This document shows, in pieces, positions 22,301-30,807 of a DNA stretch of 54,918 bases. This DNA is from a virus (lineage: Duplodnaviria; Caudoviricetes): the IMG/VR virus record IMGVR_UViG_3300021957_000050, positions 1-54,918 of that record; one strand, written 5' to 3'. The notes below the pieces were generated by a model. The model had not been told where the DNA came from and did no database searches. It saw only the letters and a list, made by a program, of their open reading frames with translations. The position numbers and the translations under genes are program-made. Position 1 is the first letter of the stretch; the number at the start of each line of letters is the position of its first letter.

Positions 22301-24924
22301 CTGAAATAATAGGAGTAAATGGAGGTAACAGTGTTCCTAAAAGAATCGATTTTAAATTTTATGCAGATACAGATATTAAAACACCATTATCTATTTTGCA
22401 ATCAGGCAGGGTTGGTATAGGTACTACTAGTCCTGCTAATTTAGTCGAATTAAAATCCGATTCAGGAGGTACAATTTTACGTCTAAGAAATGCAGACGGT
22501 TCTTTAACCGCTGCAGGGTCTGTACAGAATTCTATTGTAATGAACGGTAGATACTGGTCAGGAGCCGGATCCGATTTTGTTGAAACAAGAATAAATTCTG
22601 TGCATCAATTAGCTAACGGTAACGGAGGTTCAGCTTTAACCTTTATGACACAAACAGGAGGTAGCGCACCAACAGAAAAAGTTAGAATAGATAGAGAGGG
22701 TAAGGTAGGAATCGGAACGAATTCGCCTGGTAGAAAATTAACTGTAACTGGTGACGTATCAGGAGATGCGAATAATTTACTTTTAGTAAACGAAAATGAC
22801 ACAGATGGTGATTCTGCTAGTATTGGTTTTAGTATGCTTAGCAATAATACTTATGTCAAATCAGGTATTTTCTTTAAAAGAACAACAACGCAAGGTCGTG
22901 GAGATTTAATTTTTGCAAATAATAATGAAGTAAATGGTAACAATGTTACTCTATCAGATGCTAAAATAACAATACAACCTGGCGGCAACGTAGGTATAGG
23001 ACAAACCAACCCAGCTGACGGGTTACTTCAAGTTAGTCAAAACTCTTCTCAATGGATGGGGTACTTCTACAATACTAGTACTTCAGGTATTGGAGCACAT
23101 ATAGAAACTAATTCAAGCGGCACCCAACAAGTGTTGAGAGTTTCTTCTATTTTTGGAGGCAGCAATAATGCCGGATTTAGAGTATTGGCAAATGGTAATG
23201 CTTATTTTGGTAGAAATTCATCTGCACCATCTCAAGAATTATCTAATTCGGCAACACCAACTAACTTTGGTAAATATACTTCAGAAATTAGATTAATAAA
23301 AACTCCTAACGGAGGACTACAGAAATGTAGAGTAATTACAGATAATTACGGTGAATGGATACTGGTAGGTAGATTTGAAGCAAATGCTATGACATCCATT
23401 CAGGGAACCTGGAGTTCTGTATCAGGGCTAAGTACCTCAACATCTCAAAATACTACTACTGAATTCTCTGCAGATTTTGGAGATAGTTATCCAACTGAAG
23501 TAAGAATAATGGGAGCAACTGACTTTACTAAATGGAGAGATACAAGAACTATAGATTTTGTATACGGAGTGCCGGCAGCTAGAAAATGGAAATATTTCTT
23601 TTCTGGAGGAGCAGATAGCGGAATGGCATCTGTTGGACCAAATCATTCTGGAAATAATAAATTTGGGTGGACTATAAATGGTAGTTACGATGGATTTGGT
23701 AGATGGATTAACCCATCGCAAACATCAGTAGGAATGTCTGATGGTAATGTTACAAATCCATCCGCAGCATATACAACAGCAACGTCAAATGCTTTTACTT
23801 GGGAAAGTGCTCAAGATGCTAAGATTACTGTTTCTGCTACAAGAACTTTTAGTGGACAAGATAGTTATGAACATGCAGGTTTTGGTAACGATGATAATAT
23901 ACAAGGATTTTTTGATGAATATCCAACTGAAACAAACAATATGCAGGGTGGACAAGACTTTAGCTCTGCAGTATGGGTACTAATTAAACTACCTAAATCA
24001 GATAGTGGAGGAGGATCAGAAGGACCTTATTTACCTCTAACAGCTGGTTCAACATACCAACTGTCAGGAGAATTATTTATAAACGCAGCAGCAGGTGTAA
24101 ATGTACAAGGAACTTCAAATGATCTATATTTCCTACAAGGTAAAAGAACAGGAAACTCAGGACCTACTTTTTCAGTATACGATAACGCTTCTACTGCTTA
24201 CTTAAATTCATACCAATCAATGACCTTTCGTGCAAATCAGCACGGTGGTTCAGGAGGTAATTTTGCTTTTACTGGCGGAAACGTAGGTATAGGTACATCT
24301 TCACCTTCAACTGGTCTTTACATAGAAGGAGATTCTGCTAACTGGAATACAACAACACAAGGACCATCACTAGGTACTATACACTTAGATCCAGGAGTTG
24401 GTACTGATCATTTTGGTAATGCAATAACATTCGGAGCTAGTGATACCGGTGCAGGAGGTTCTGCCCAAGCAGGAATATATGTAAGATCAGATGGGTCTTA
24501 CGGTACTAAAATGTATTTTGCTACTACGAATTCTTATGCTGCAGGTTCTAAGACTGCTATGTGGTTAGACCATAATGGTACTTTAAGAGTAACAGCTGAT
24601 ATAGTAGCATACTACTCATCTGATAAAAGATTTAAAGACAATCTAGTAAAAATTAATAATCCTTTAGTTAAAATTAATAAACTTTCTGGTTACTATTTTA
24701 ATTGGAATGATAAACAAGACACTTACGAGAAAGGTAGTAAAGATATCGGAATTATAGCTCAGGAGATCGAGGAAGTGTTACCGGAAATAGTTCAAACTAG
24801 AGAAAATGGATATAAAGCTGTAAAATATGAAAAAATAGTAGCCCTTTTGATAGAAGGTATAAAAGAACAGCAACAAACTATTGAAAAGTTAGAAGATAGA
24901 TTAAAAAAGTTGGAGAGTAAATAA
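19366..24924 (+). CDS. Tail fibre protein with duplicated ~235-aa domain and C-terminal peptidase S74 chaperone
   Basis: About 12 GIGT repeats; C-terminal YYSSDKRFKDN...GIIAQEIEEVLPEIV...VKYEKIV. Confidence 0.85.
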   Translation: MSTGKTYSTKYIIDNDGNKGAAGQILTSTDTGINFQDAEKNGPNQIKGAIFNSKEVLMDTPNGGQQVCRVITDEHGEWIQVGRFQANAGTAIRGTWGSVTGLSTSEAQSATTAFSADFGDCYPEEVRVLGSTDFKNWSNSKTVDFIYKVPKGRKWKNFFSGGADNGMTYGGAFSTNNAANRYGMSISGSYDGRGRWHNKTQNFVGMSDVNPTNPSAAYTTATANAFDWGTAGSDAKLSVHATEHYSGQDGKITSGFGEDDNNAFFMDLYPLESNNLVGSNSEYSSAVWILIKLPGGTSGNGGGSGTYWAENGADIHNTNSGNVGIGTSAPATKFSVDTGESTFNRGNSDGTIATFRGKNNVKAVIGTLDSYFVGNVGIGATTPDAKLEVGGGSTGIILSNLGDSSAYDAIRMTYTGYNSGTPEFIFQPKTAPGSGTANTYFRFKTQGSSPGINVANVTVDGRIGIGNLTPQAPLSFATDVGQKIDFYHNTASSDRYGIEVQSSELRIHSGAQGDSTGGITFGKKTTTAFTETMRIRNDGRVGIGTSIPASVLHVHGGSGGASMIIRGDQPTGAYYYGYMYDGTNLKGTTQTNIFYAGATIAADTTIADYAGLRIDAPNVSASNAVITNNYGIYQASSLQKNYFGGSVGIGSTSPSKKLNVEGSVQLGRNGNNTAGDPHITLISGHGIEDASTGNYYGSYGFLEFNANTNYTGSARRFALTNGFLANKFAILRSDTNMATMELSTAGAEPSGAVADFVINTDGKIGIGTTNPSEQLEVDGILQIKRSGDHPAIRFQEDSTTLAYMGSGDWAINGLSNGDFGISSASTGSLALGTNSGSGRMYLIDGGKVGIGAPAPLAVLDISNTASSIYQQWSYDNPGANNYNLQLTETVTSGNVRFVFDQKNAGTVYSDVLVFNQGEIGMGTDEPDGKLNISKGTASGISNLLVLTNHQYADADDSGSSIRFQGYSLFNPGSSNPRYSEIIGVNGGNSVPKRIDFKFYADTDIKTPLSILQSGRVGIGTTSPANLVELKSDSGGTILRLRNADGSLTAAGSVQNSIVMNGRYWSGAGSDFVETRINSVHQLANGNGGSALTFMTQTGGSAPTEKVRIDREGKVGIGTNSPGRKLTVTGDVSGDANNLLLVNENDTDGDSASIGFSMLSNNTYVKSGIFFKRTTTQGRGDLIFANNNEVNGNNVTLSDAKITIQPGGNVGIGQTNPADGLLQVSQNSSQWMGYFYNTSTSGIGAHIETNSSGTQQVLRVSSIFGGSNNAGFRVLANGNAYFGRNSSAPSQELSNSATPTNFGKYTSEIRLIKTPNGGLQKCRVITDNYGEWILVGRFEANAMTSIQGTWSSVSGLSTSTSQNTTTEFSADFGDSYPTEVRIMGATDFTKWRDTRTIDFVYGVPAARKWKYFFSGGADSGMASVGPNHSGNNKFGWTINGSYDGFGRWINPSQTSVGMSDGNVTNPSAAYTTATSNAFTWESAQDAKITVSATRTFSGQDSYEHAGFGNDDNIQGFFDEYPTETNNMQGGQDFSSAVWVLIKLPKSDSGGGSEGPYLPLTAGSTYQLSGELFINAAAGVNVQGTSNDLYFLQGKRTGNSGPTFSVYDNASTAYLNSYQSMTFRANQHGGSGGNFAFTGGNVGIGTSSPSTGLYIEGDSANWNTTTQGPSLGTIHLDPGVGTDHFGNAITFGASDTGAGGSAQAGIYVRSDGSYGTKMYFATTNSYAAGSKTAMWLDHNGTLRVTADIVAYYSSDKRFKDNLVKINNPLVKINKLSGYYFNWNDKQDTYEKGSKDIGIIAQEIEEVLPEIVQTRENGYKAVKYEKIVALLIEGIKEQQQTIEKLEDRLKKLESK
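19543..23994 (+). repeat. Internal domain duplication (19543-20247 and 23302-23994)
   Basis: TPNGG.Q.CRVITD..GEWI.VGRF.ANA ... SSAVW.LIKLP occurs twice in one protein. Confidence 0.9.
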
Positions 24925-24951
24925 ATTAACACTATATTAAAGTAAAAAGAA

Positions 24952-25497
24952 ATGGCAATACAACTAAAAGGAACATTAAAATCAGACTGGGGTAATACAG
25001 AAACAGCCTACATTAGAATAGAATTTTATAAAGTAAAACCATGGTTAGGTGAAGTAGAGTATAACCCTGTGGTATTCTTAACATCAAGCGATGCTCTTAG
25101 ATCTAAAAAATACTACTACCAAGATGAGTTAGTAAATGTAGCTTGTGTTCCAATGTATAATCTAGAATACGAATCTGGATCTATTACAGGTTCTTTAAAC
25201 TTGTCTGAACTTATTTCTTTCCCTTTAACAGGTTCTACAGAACAAGTCGCAAGAGAACATTGGGAAGAAGTATTCACTTCTTCAAGTCAAACCTATATAG
25301 ATTTTGATGATAATGGAAATGAAGTAGAAGAAACTAGATGGGTATCTAGTTCGGAATGGACATATATTAGTGAATCTATACTTGACGTTAACCGTATACA
25401 AATGGATAACTTAACTAATATTTACCAACAGTGTTACACGCATTTAAAAGGAGAACTGCAAAATTTAATACCTAGTTCAAGTTTATTAGACGTATAA
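24952..25497 (+). CDS. Hypothetical protein, possibly fibre-associated
   Basis: 181-aa acidic ORF directly after the fibre genes; contains SGS/TGS/SSS motifs like the virion proteins. Confidence 0.6.
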   Translation: MAIQLKGTLKSDWGNTETAYIRIEFYKVKPWLGEVEYNPVVFLTSSDALRSKKYYYQDELVNVACVPMYNLEYESGSITGSLNLSELISFPLTGSTEQVAREHWEEVFTSSSQTYIDFDDNGNEVEETRWVSSSEWTYISESILDVNRIQMDNLTNIYQQCYTHLKGELQNLIPSSSLLDV

Positions 25498-25510
25498 ATT
25501 AAATTAAGTT

Positions 25511-26383
25511 ATGGATTTAGGTGTAGATATTATCTATGTTATTAACCTACCTACTTATCCTGAAAGGAAAGAAACTATTCTAAAGCTTTTTAACGATTTC
25601 AATATTACAAACTTTGAAATTATAGAAGCTATAGCAGGAGAGGGTTTACCAGATCAGAATGAATTAATAAATAACGGTATTTTAAATACTATTTTTATAG
25701 ATTCTAATGGTCTTTTAACTAAAAATATTATAGCTTGTGCTTTATCTCATAGATTAGCTTACGAAGCTTTCATTGATAGTGGATATGAAACCTGCTTAAT
25801 TCTAGAGGACGACGCATCCTTCAGTAAACAGATGTACAGTTATATAGGTTCAGGTAAATTTGAAGTATTAAAAAAACAAATAAAAGAAGTAGATTACGAT
25901 TTATTTATTTGGGGAAGAATGTATGATCCTATAATAGGTAAGAACAAAACGAATTTAAGCGAAATATATACACCAGACCTACTATCTGATAAATATTCAG
26001 CTCATGCTTACCAATTAAACAGAAACTCCGCCAAAAAACTGTTAAATAAAGCTTTACCTATAAGGTATGCAGCAGATGTGTTTTTAGAAACTCTAGATTT
26101 TAAAGTATTTTGCCCTAAACATACTTTATTTATTCAAAAAAGAGGTTATATCGATGAACATGAAATGGAAAGACTGCATTTAGCTATTTGGCAAGCTAAT
26201 GCTCCCCAACAGTGGCAAGGTGCTACAGCAGTAGAAGTAAGAAAAACAGATGATGAACCTTACATGGTACAAAACTGCAATATTGCTCCTTCTTTTGATG
26301 TAGATAAAGTTGTTTTTAAGCAATTTAAATCGTATCTTAGTAAGAAACCACAAAAGTGGGCGTATATACATTTAAATACTTAG
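25511..26383 (+). CDS. Glycosyltransferase family 25 protein
   Basis: IYVINL...ER, IACALSH, CLILEDDA and AHAY motifs typical of GT25. Confidence 0.85.
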   Translation: MDLGVDIIYVINLPTYPERKETILKLFNDFNITNFEIIEAIAGEGLPDQNELINNGILNTIFIDSNGLLTKNIIACALSHRLAYEAFIDSGYETCLILEDDASFSKQMYSYIGSGKFEVLKKQIKEVDYDLFIWGRMYDPIIGKNKTNLSEIYTPDLLSDKYSAHAYQLNRNSAKKLLNKALPIRYAADVFLETLDFKVFCPKHTLFIQKRGYIDEHEMERLHLAIWQANAPQQWQGATAVEVRKTDDEPYMVQNCNIAPSFDVDKVVFKQFKSYLSKKPQKWAYIHLNT

Positions 26384-26384
26384 T

Positions 26385-27377
26385 ATGAAAGGAATACATG
26401 TTAATTGGACCAAACCTTTTTTTCATAGAGAAAGATTAAGAGGACATGGATTTAGATCTACACGTGAATTACCAGGAGAATGCTATGATCAACCAACATA
26501 CCAGATACTTTACACTATTTTATCTGCAGGAATGTGGAAACATCACAATGGTACTATAAAACTCTACACAGATTCAATAGGTTTTAATTTTTATCAGCAA
26601 TTTGGTATTAATGAACTTTATGATGAAGTAGATATAAAGTTTTTAGATGGGTATTCGAAAACTAATATAGATCCAGCTTATTTTTGGACTAGCGGTAAAA
26701 TAAAAGTTCTAGCAAACCAAACTGAACCTTTTGTTTTTATGGATCAAGATATGATAATCAGACAACCTATACCAGATTATATGTTGGAAGGAGATTTAAC
26801 AGTTACTCATTGGGAAATACCTAGAGGATATTACTACTTTGAAAAAGAAGATTGGGAAAAAGAAATAAAGCATACTGAATTCCCAGACAATTACAACTGT
26901 AATGATCTTTGTCCAAATACTTCTTTTTTAGCAGTAAATAATATGAAATTAAAATCTGAATACTCTAATTGGCATAAAAAGTTAGTTGAAACAAATGGTG
27001 ACTATGTACCTGAATGGTTTTGGTTACTTACTGATCAAGGTATATTAGGACATGTTATTAGAGAAGGAGATTATAAAGCTAATACGTTAACTGATAAGGT
27101 GTTTTTAGCTAATAGTAACTACTCAGACAGCAAAGAAAGGTATAAAGGAAAATCAGAACAATGGTACTTACCTATCGGAGCATCAGATAAAAAAGATACT
27201 GATTTAATTTGGGAGCATGTATGGTTTAATAAAATACATTTTAATATGTTTCCTGAATTCTTAGCAAAAGAAACAAAAAGGTACTTTAGAGAATGTATTG
27301 AGCTTGGATTAGGTGAGTATTTACAACATTCAAGATTTAAAAAATATTGGGATGAATACAACAATACCGATAATTAG
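26385..27377 (+). CDS. GT-A-like putative glycosyltransferase (DUF6734-like)
   Basis: LYTD, FWTSGKIK...EPFVFMDQD (DxD), PNTSFL and DQ motifs. Confidence 0.55.
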   Translation: MKGIHVNWTKPFFHRERLRGHGFRSTRELPGECYDQPTYQILYTILSAGMWKHHNGTIKLYTDSIGFNFYQQFGINELYDEVDIKFLDGYSKTNIDPAYFWTSGKIKVLANQTEPFVFMDQDMIIRQPIPDYMLEGDLTVTHWEIPRGYYYFEKEDWEKEIKHTEFPDNYNCNDLCPNTSFLAVNNMKLKSEYSNWHKKLVETNGDYVPEWFWLLTDQGILGHVIREGDYKANTLTDKVFLANSNYSDSKERYKGKSEQWYLPIGASDKKDTDLIWEHVWFNKIHFNMFPEFLAKETKRYFRECIELGLGEYLQHSRFKKYWDEYNNTDN

Positions 27378-28122
27378 AACATACTGGGGGAAAAGGAATG
27401 AAACCAAAGCTGAAATTCCAAGATTCCCGGTAATGGAGAATCACTTAGTATACGTTTGGGGAAAGGAGAACGAAAACTTTTTAAAAGAAAGAGGGTACAA
27501 AACATTTTTAGTCAAAAATTCACATCCTTACTTTGAAACATATAATACCCAGTATGGAAAAAAATTAGTAGCATTAGACTTAGCTTTAAAGAAGTTTGAA
27601 AAAGTCATAATGTTAGATTGGGACTGTTATGCTTTAAGACCGTTAGATGAGAATTTTTATAAATTATTAGATAAGAATGAAACTTTATGTCCTTTGTATG
27701 CACAACATAAAGAAACAGTTGATTCGTTTAAAGAAACATTTGAAGGAAGATTAATTTTAGATTATAACCTAGAATATTTTAAAGTTTTAGAAAGAGAATT
27801 TAAAAAGTACAACTGGGACTTTGAAGAAGGATTAGCTTCTCCGAATTTTGGTTGCCTTTACACCTCAAATAGGAATTTAGGTAGAGACTTAATTGATATA
27901 ACAGTTAAGAATAAAATTGAAGGATGTATAGAAGAGCACGCTATGTTACTTTATGCTAATTGTTCTTTAGAAGAATATACAGATAGATACCAACCTACAT
28001 ATGTACAAGGGGTGAGTGATGATAGAACTGATCACTATTTTAAAATTAGCAAGATACAGAGAAAATTAAATAAATATATTAATAATAAGATTGATATGGA
28101 TATATACTTTAAACATATTTAA
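27352..28122 (+). CDS. GT-A-like putative glycosyltransferase
   Basis: GKKLVAL...VIMLDWD (DxD), PNFG and EEH motifs parallel the upstream gene. ATG at 27352 is preferred over the track's GTG at 27313. Confidence 0.5.
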   Translation: MNTTIPIIRTYWGKRNETKAEIPRFPVMENHLVYVWGKENENFLKERGYKTFLVKNSHPYFETYNTQYGKKLVALDLALKKFEKVIMLDWDCYALRPLDENFYKLLDKNETLCPLYAQHKETVDSFKETFEGRLILDYNLEYFKVLEREFKKYNWDFEEGLASPNFGCLYTSNRNLGRDLIDITVKNKIEGCIEEHAMLLYANCSLEEYTDRYQPTYVQGVSDDRTDHYFKISKIQRKLNKYINNKIDMDIYFKHI

Positions 28123-29147
28123 TGAAAGCACTTTGCAGCTTACCTTTTACTAGATTAAAAATAAACGAAGACGGTTCTTACCATTCCTGTTGCTTCCAGT
28201 CTTCTATGTACGGTAACATATTAGAAGACGGTATTGAAAAAGCTTTTAAAAATCCAGAACTAAGAAAAGTAAAAAACTCAATGCTACAAGGTAAGTTGGA
28301 TAAAGAATACTGTGATAATGATCGTTGTCCCTTAAGATTTTACGACCTTAGTAGAATACCACATAAAGAGGTTAAACTAACTAAGTACCCAATAGATTTA
28401 GAATTAAACATGCCTTCTACATTTTGTAACATTGGAGGTCTAAATCCCACACCGGAAACTGCTTGTATTATGTGCCCTAGAAGTAGCGAACAATTTATGA
28501 GCGGAGTAGGTACTGATATATTAGATGATATTTTAGAAGAAGTAAAGACAGCAATGCCTAATGTTCAGAACCTTTCTATCTTGGGTATAGCCGAACCTTT
28601 TTATAAGAACAGGATATTTGATGTTTTTGAAAAATTAGAATTTACTAAATATAGAGATGATATTTTATTTTGGACTTTTTGTAACGGTACAATTTTTACT
28701 GAAAGAGCTCAAGATAGGTTTTTAAATATAGTAAAAAACGTACATTTAGGTTTTTCTATAGATGCAGGAACCGCCGAAACATATATAAAAATCAGAAGAC
28801 TAGATTATTTTAATAAGATAAAAAAGAATTTAACTTCTTATTTCAAAAAAGTAAAAGAGAAAACAGAAATTAATGATAGGTCTTATACTACTAACAATAT
28901 TAACTTATATAATGTACATGAGTTAAAAGAAATGATAGATTTAGGTATTGAAGTAGGATCTAATAGTACTCAGTTTACATTAACTATGAAATACCAAGCA
29001 GACTTAAAGATAGATAATAGCAAACTTTGTAACAGTGACAACTGGAAAATTTTCTGGGAAGCTCAAAAAGATGCAGAAGAATATGCAAAAAGTAAAAACT
29101 ATAACGTAGACTTCTATGTACCTTTTCATAACGGATATTTAAAATAA
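28122..29147 (+). CDS. Radical SAM protein with N-terminal SPASM/twitch-like domain
   Basis: N-terminal CSLPF...GSYHSCC...C-DNDR-C, followed by CX12CX2C (CNIGGLNPTPETACIMC), GIAEPF, CNGT and FSIDAG...TY..IR. Confidence 0.75.
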   Translation: MKALCSLPFTRLKINEDGSYHSCCFQSSMYGNILEDGIEKAFKNPELRKVKNSMLQGKLDKEYCDNDRCPLRFYDLSRIPHKEVKLTKYPIDLELNMPSTFCNIGGLNPTPETACIMCPRSSEQFMSGVGTDILDDILEEVKTAMPNVQNLSILGIAEPFYKNRIFDVFEKLEFTKYRDDILFWTFCNGTIFTERAQDRFLNIVKNVHLGFSIDAGTAETYIKIRRLDYFNKIKKNLTSYFKKVKEKTEINDRSYTTNNINLYNVHELKEMIDLGIEVGSNSTQFTLTMKYQADLKIDNSKLCNSDNWKIFWEAQKDAEEYAKSKNYNVDFYVPFHNGYLK

Positions 29148-29150
29148 CAT

Positions 29151-29858
29151 ATGAATTTCAAAAAACCACTAATAGAAACCTCAATACAAGACATTTATCA
29201 TTTAGCACCCATACCTCTATTTAAAAGAGTATTTGATGATAATATTACAACTTCAGTTTACAACTTAGGTAATAAAGTACTCAATGAACAACAGAAAAGA
29301 ATGGGTCAAGAGCTACCCGGACAGTATGATAAGGAAAGACAAGCTAATTACGATATAAATTACGATAGGCAGGAGGAATGGGTAGAAGAGCATGAACTTC
29401 AACCTATAGGAAGTAGATTCTTTACTCCACCGAATGATTTTCTACAAAATAAAGATGAAAATGTACAGGTAATAAAAAGACGTATAAAAGGTAGTTTCTG
29501 TAAATTAATTGACTCTATCGGAATAACACATAACAGCAAACCAGAGATTACAGAAAGTTGGCTGCAGTATTACGAACCTACCTCAGGTAGAGGCCATAAC
29601 GCTCACAACCATTGTAGATGGCATCATAGTGAAGCTAAACCATTAATGTTCTCAGGAGGTTATTACCTATCTGATGGAGACCCTATTAAAGACCATCCAT
29701 ATAGCGGGGTATTTTCTTTTCATATAAGAGGTATGAAACATTATATTAGACCAAAAAAAGGAATGCTACTTATATGGCCTTACGATATAGTACATTCAGT
29801 TGAACCTTTTTACGGTAAAACTCACAGAGCTGTTATTAACTTTAATATACAAATATAG
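29151..29858 (+). CDS. Putative 2OG-Fe(II) oxygenase (TIGR02466-like)
   Basis: SW..Y...HNH, SGGYY, P.KGMLLIWP..I.HSV and R.VINFN motifs. Confidence 0.75.
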   Translation: MNFKKPLIETSIQDIYHLAPIPLFKRVFDDNITTSVYNLGNKVLNEQQKRMGQELPGQYDKERQANYDINYDRQEEWVEEHELQPIGSRFFTPPNDFLQNKDENVQVIKRRIKGSFCKLIDSIGITHNSKPEITESWLQYYEPTSGRGHNAHNHCRWHHSEAKPLMFSGGYYLSDGDPIKDHPYSGVFSFHIRGMKHYIRPKKGMLLIWPYDIVHSVEPFYGKTHRAVINFNIQI

Positions 29859-29928
29859 ATTTAGTAATCTAGCTGCTATTTATTTAATATATATACACAA
29901 TAACTAATTAGTAAAAAAAATTAAAATT

Positions 29929-30291
29929 ATGGCATTATCTTATTCTTGGCATGTTGGAGCATTAGACACATATCCAACAGCTTCAGATTCTCAAGACCCG
30001 GTAAATACCGAAAACGATGTAGTTTACAATGTACATTATACTTTAACAGCTTCTACAGGAAGTGACTCAGCTTCTATGATAGGAACTCAAGCAGTATCAA
30101 CAGAGGATTTATCTTCATTTGATTCTTTTGACTCTCTAGACAATGCAGTAGTATCTGCATGGATAACATCAGAAATGGAATCTGCAAATTCAGGATCTGT
30201 ACAGCAGTTAAAAAATGCAGTATCATCTTCTCTAAATTTACAGAGAAATCCAACAACTGTAGTTAAGTATTTAAGTACACCTGGAGAATAA
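29929..30291 (+). CDS. Hypothetical phage protein (small, acidic, probably virion-associated)
   Basis: 120-aa ORF preceded by a TATTTAT motif; YSW.V..LDTYP...DVVYNVHY pattern resembles small phage fibre-associated proteins. Confidence 0.6.
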   Translation: MALSYSWHVGALDTYPTASDSQDPVNTENDVVYNVHYTLTASTGSDSASMIGTQAVSTEDLSSFDSFDSLDNAVVSAWITSEMESANSGSVQQLKNAVSSSLNLQRNPTTVVKYLSTPGE

Positions 30292-30303
30292 ATTTAAATA
30301 AAA

Positions 30304-30333
30304 GTTGTCTTATAAGATATTTATTCTTATATT
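30304..30333 (+). promoter_or_regulatory. Class 1 promoter motif GTTG-N16-TTCTTATATT
   Basis: Exact motif; recurs with fixed spacing elsewhere in the window. Confidence 0.7.
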
Positions 30334-30369
30334 ACTATTATAATAAATCGATTAATTAAAAATTAAATT

Positions 30370-30666
30370 ATGGCAAATCAAAAGTTAACTCAAGAAGAGC
30401 TTGACAAGTTACAAGAACTACAGCAAAAGAATGCTGCTTTGGTAAACGAACTAGGAGGTATTTCTCTAGCAGAAATCAATATCTCAGAGAGAAAAGAAGG
30501 AGCAAAATCATTTTTAGCTGAATTAAGAGAATCAGAAAAAGAGTTAGTAGACGCTTTAGAAGCATCTTACGGCGCTGGTTCAATTGACTTGAAGAACGGC
30601 GAGTTTATTCCTGCACCTAAAGAAGAAAAAGGTGTTGAAGAACCAGAGCTTGTAGAAGAAAAATAA
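30370..30666 (+). CDS. Hypothetical coiled-coil protein
   Basis: 98 aa, E/K-rich, ends YGAGSIDLKNGEF; has its own promoter motif and terminator. Confidence 0.7.
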   Translation: MANQKLTQEELDKLQELQQKNAALVNELGGISLAEINISERKEGAKSFLAELRESEKELVDALEASYGAGSIDLKNGEFIPAPKEEKGVEEPELVEEK

Positions 30667-30690
30667 AGAATCTTTTACATACTTATAGTT

Positions 30691-30715
30691 AAGGAGGGTT
30701 TTACATCCTCCTTTC
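30691..30715 (+). terminator. Putative intrinsic terminator
   Basis: AAGGAGG-N9-CCTCCTT stem with only a short T run, after the 30370 gene. Confidence 0.5.
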
Positions 30716-30807
30716 CTATTTATTATAGACAGATATAGTTAAAACATTAGTTCTGTTTTACATTCCTGAATGATATTTATAATAAATTAAAATAAAATAG
30801 ACCAAAC

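Noticed and set aside
1-24924. GNVGIGT DNA repeats as a CRISPR array
   Set aside because: The repeats are degenerate and in-frame, with long, variable coding spacers; no cas genes.
1-24924. Diversity-generating retroelement acting on the fibres
   Set aside because: No reverse transcriptase and no TR/VR pair differing only at adenines was seen; the 19543/23302 duplication differs at all base types.
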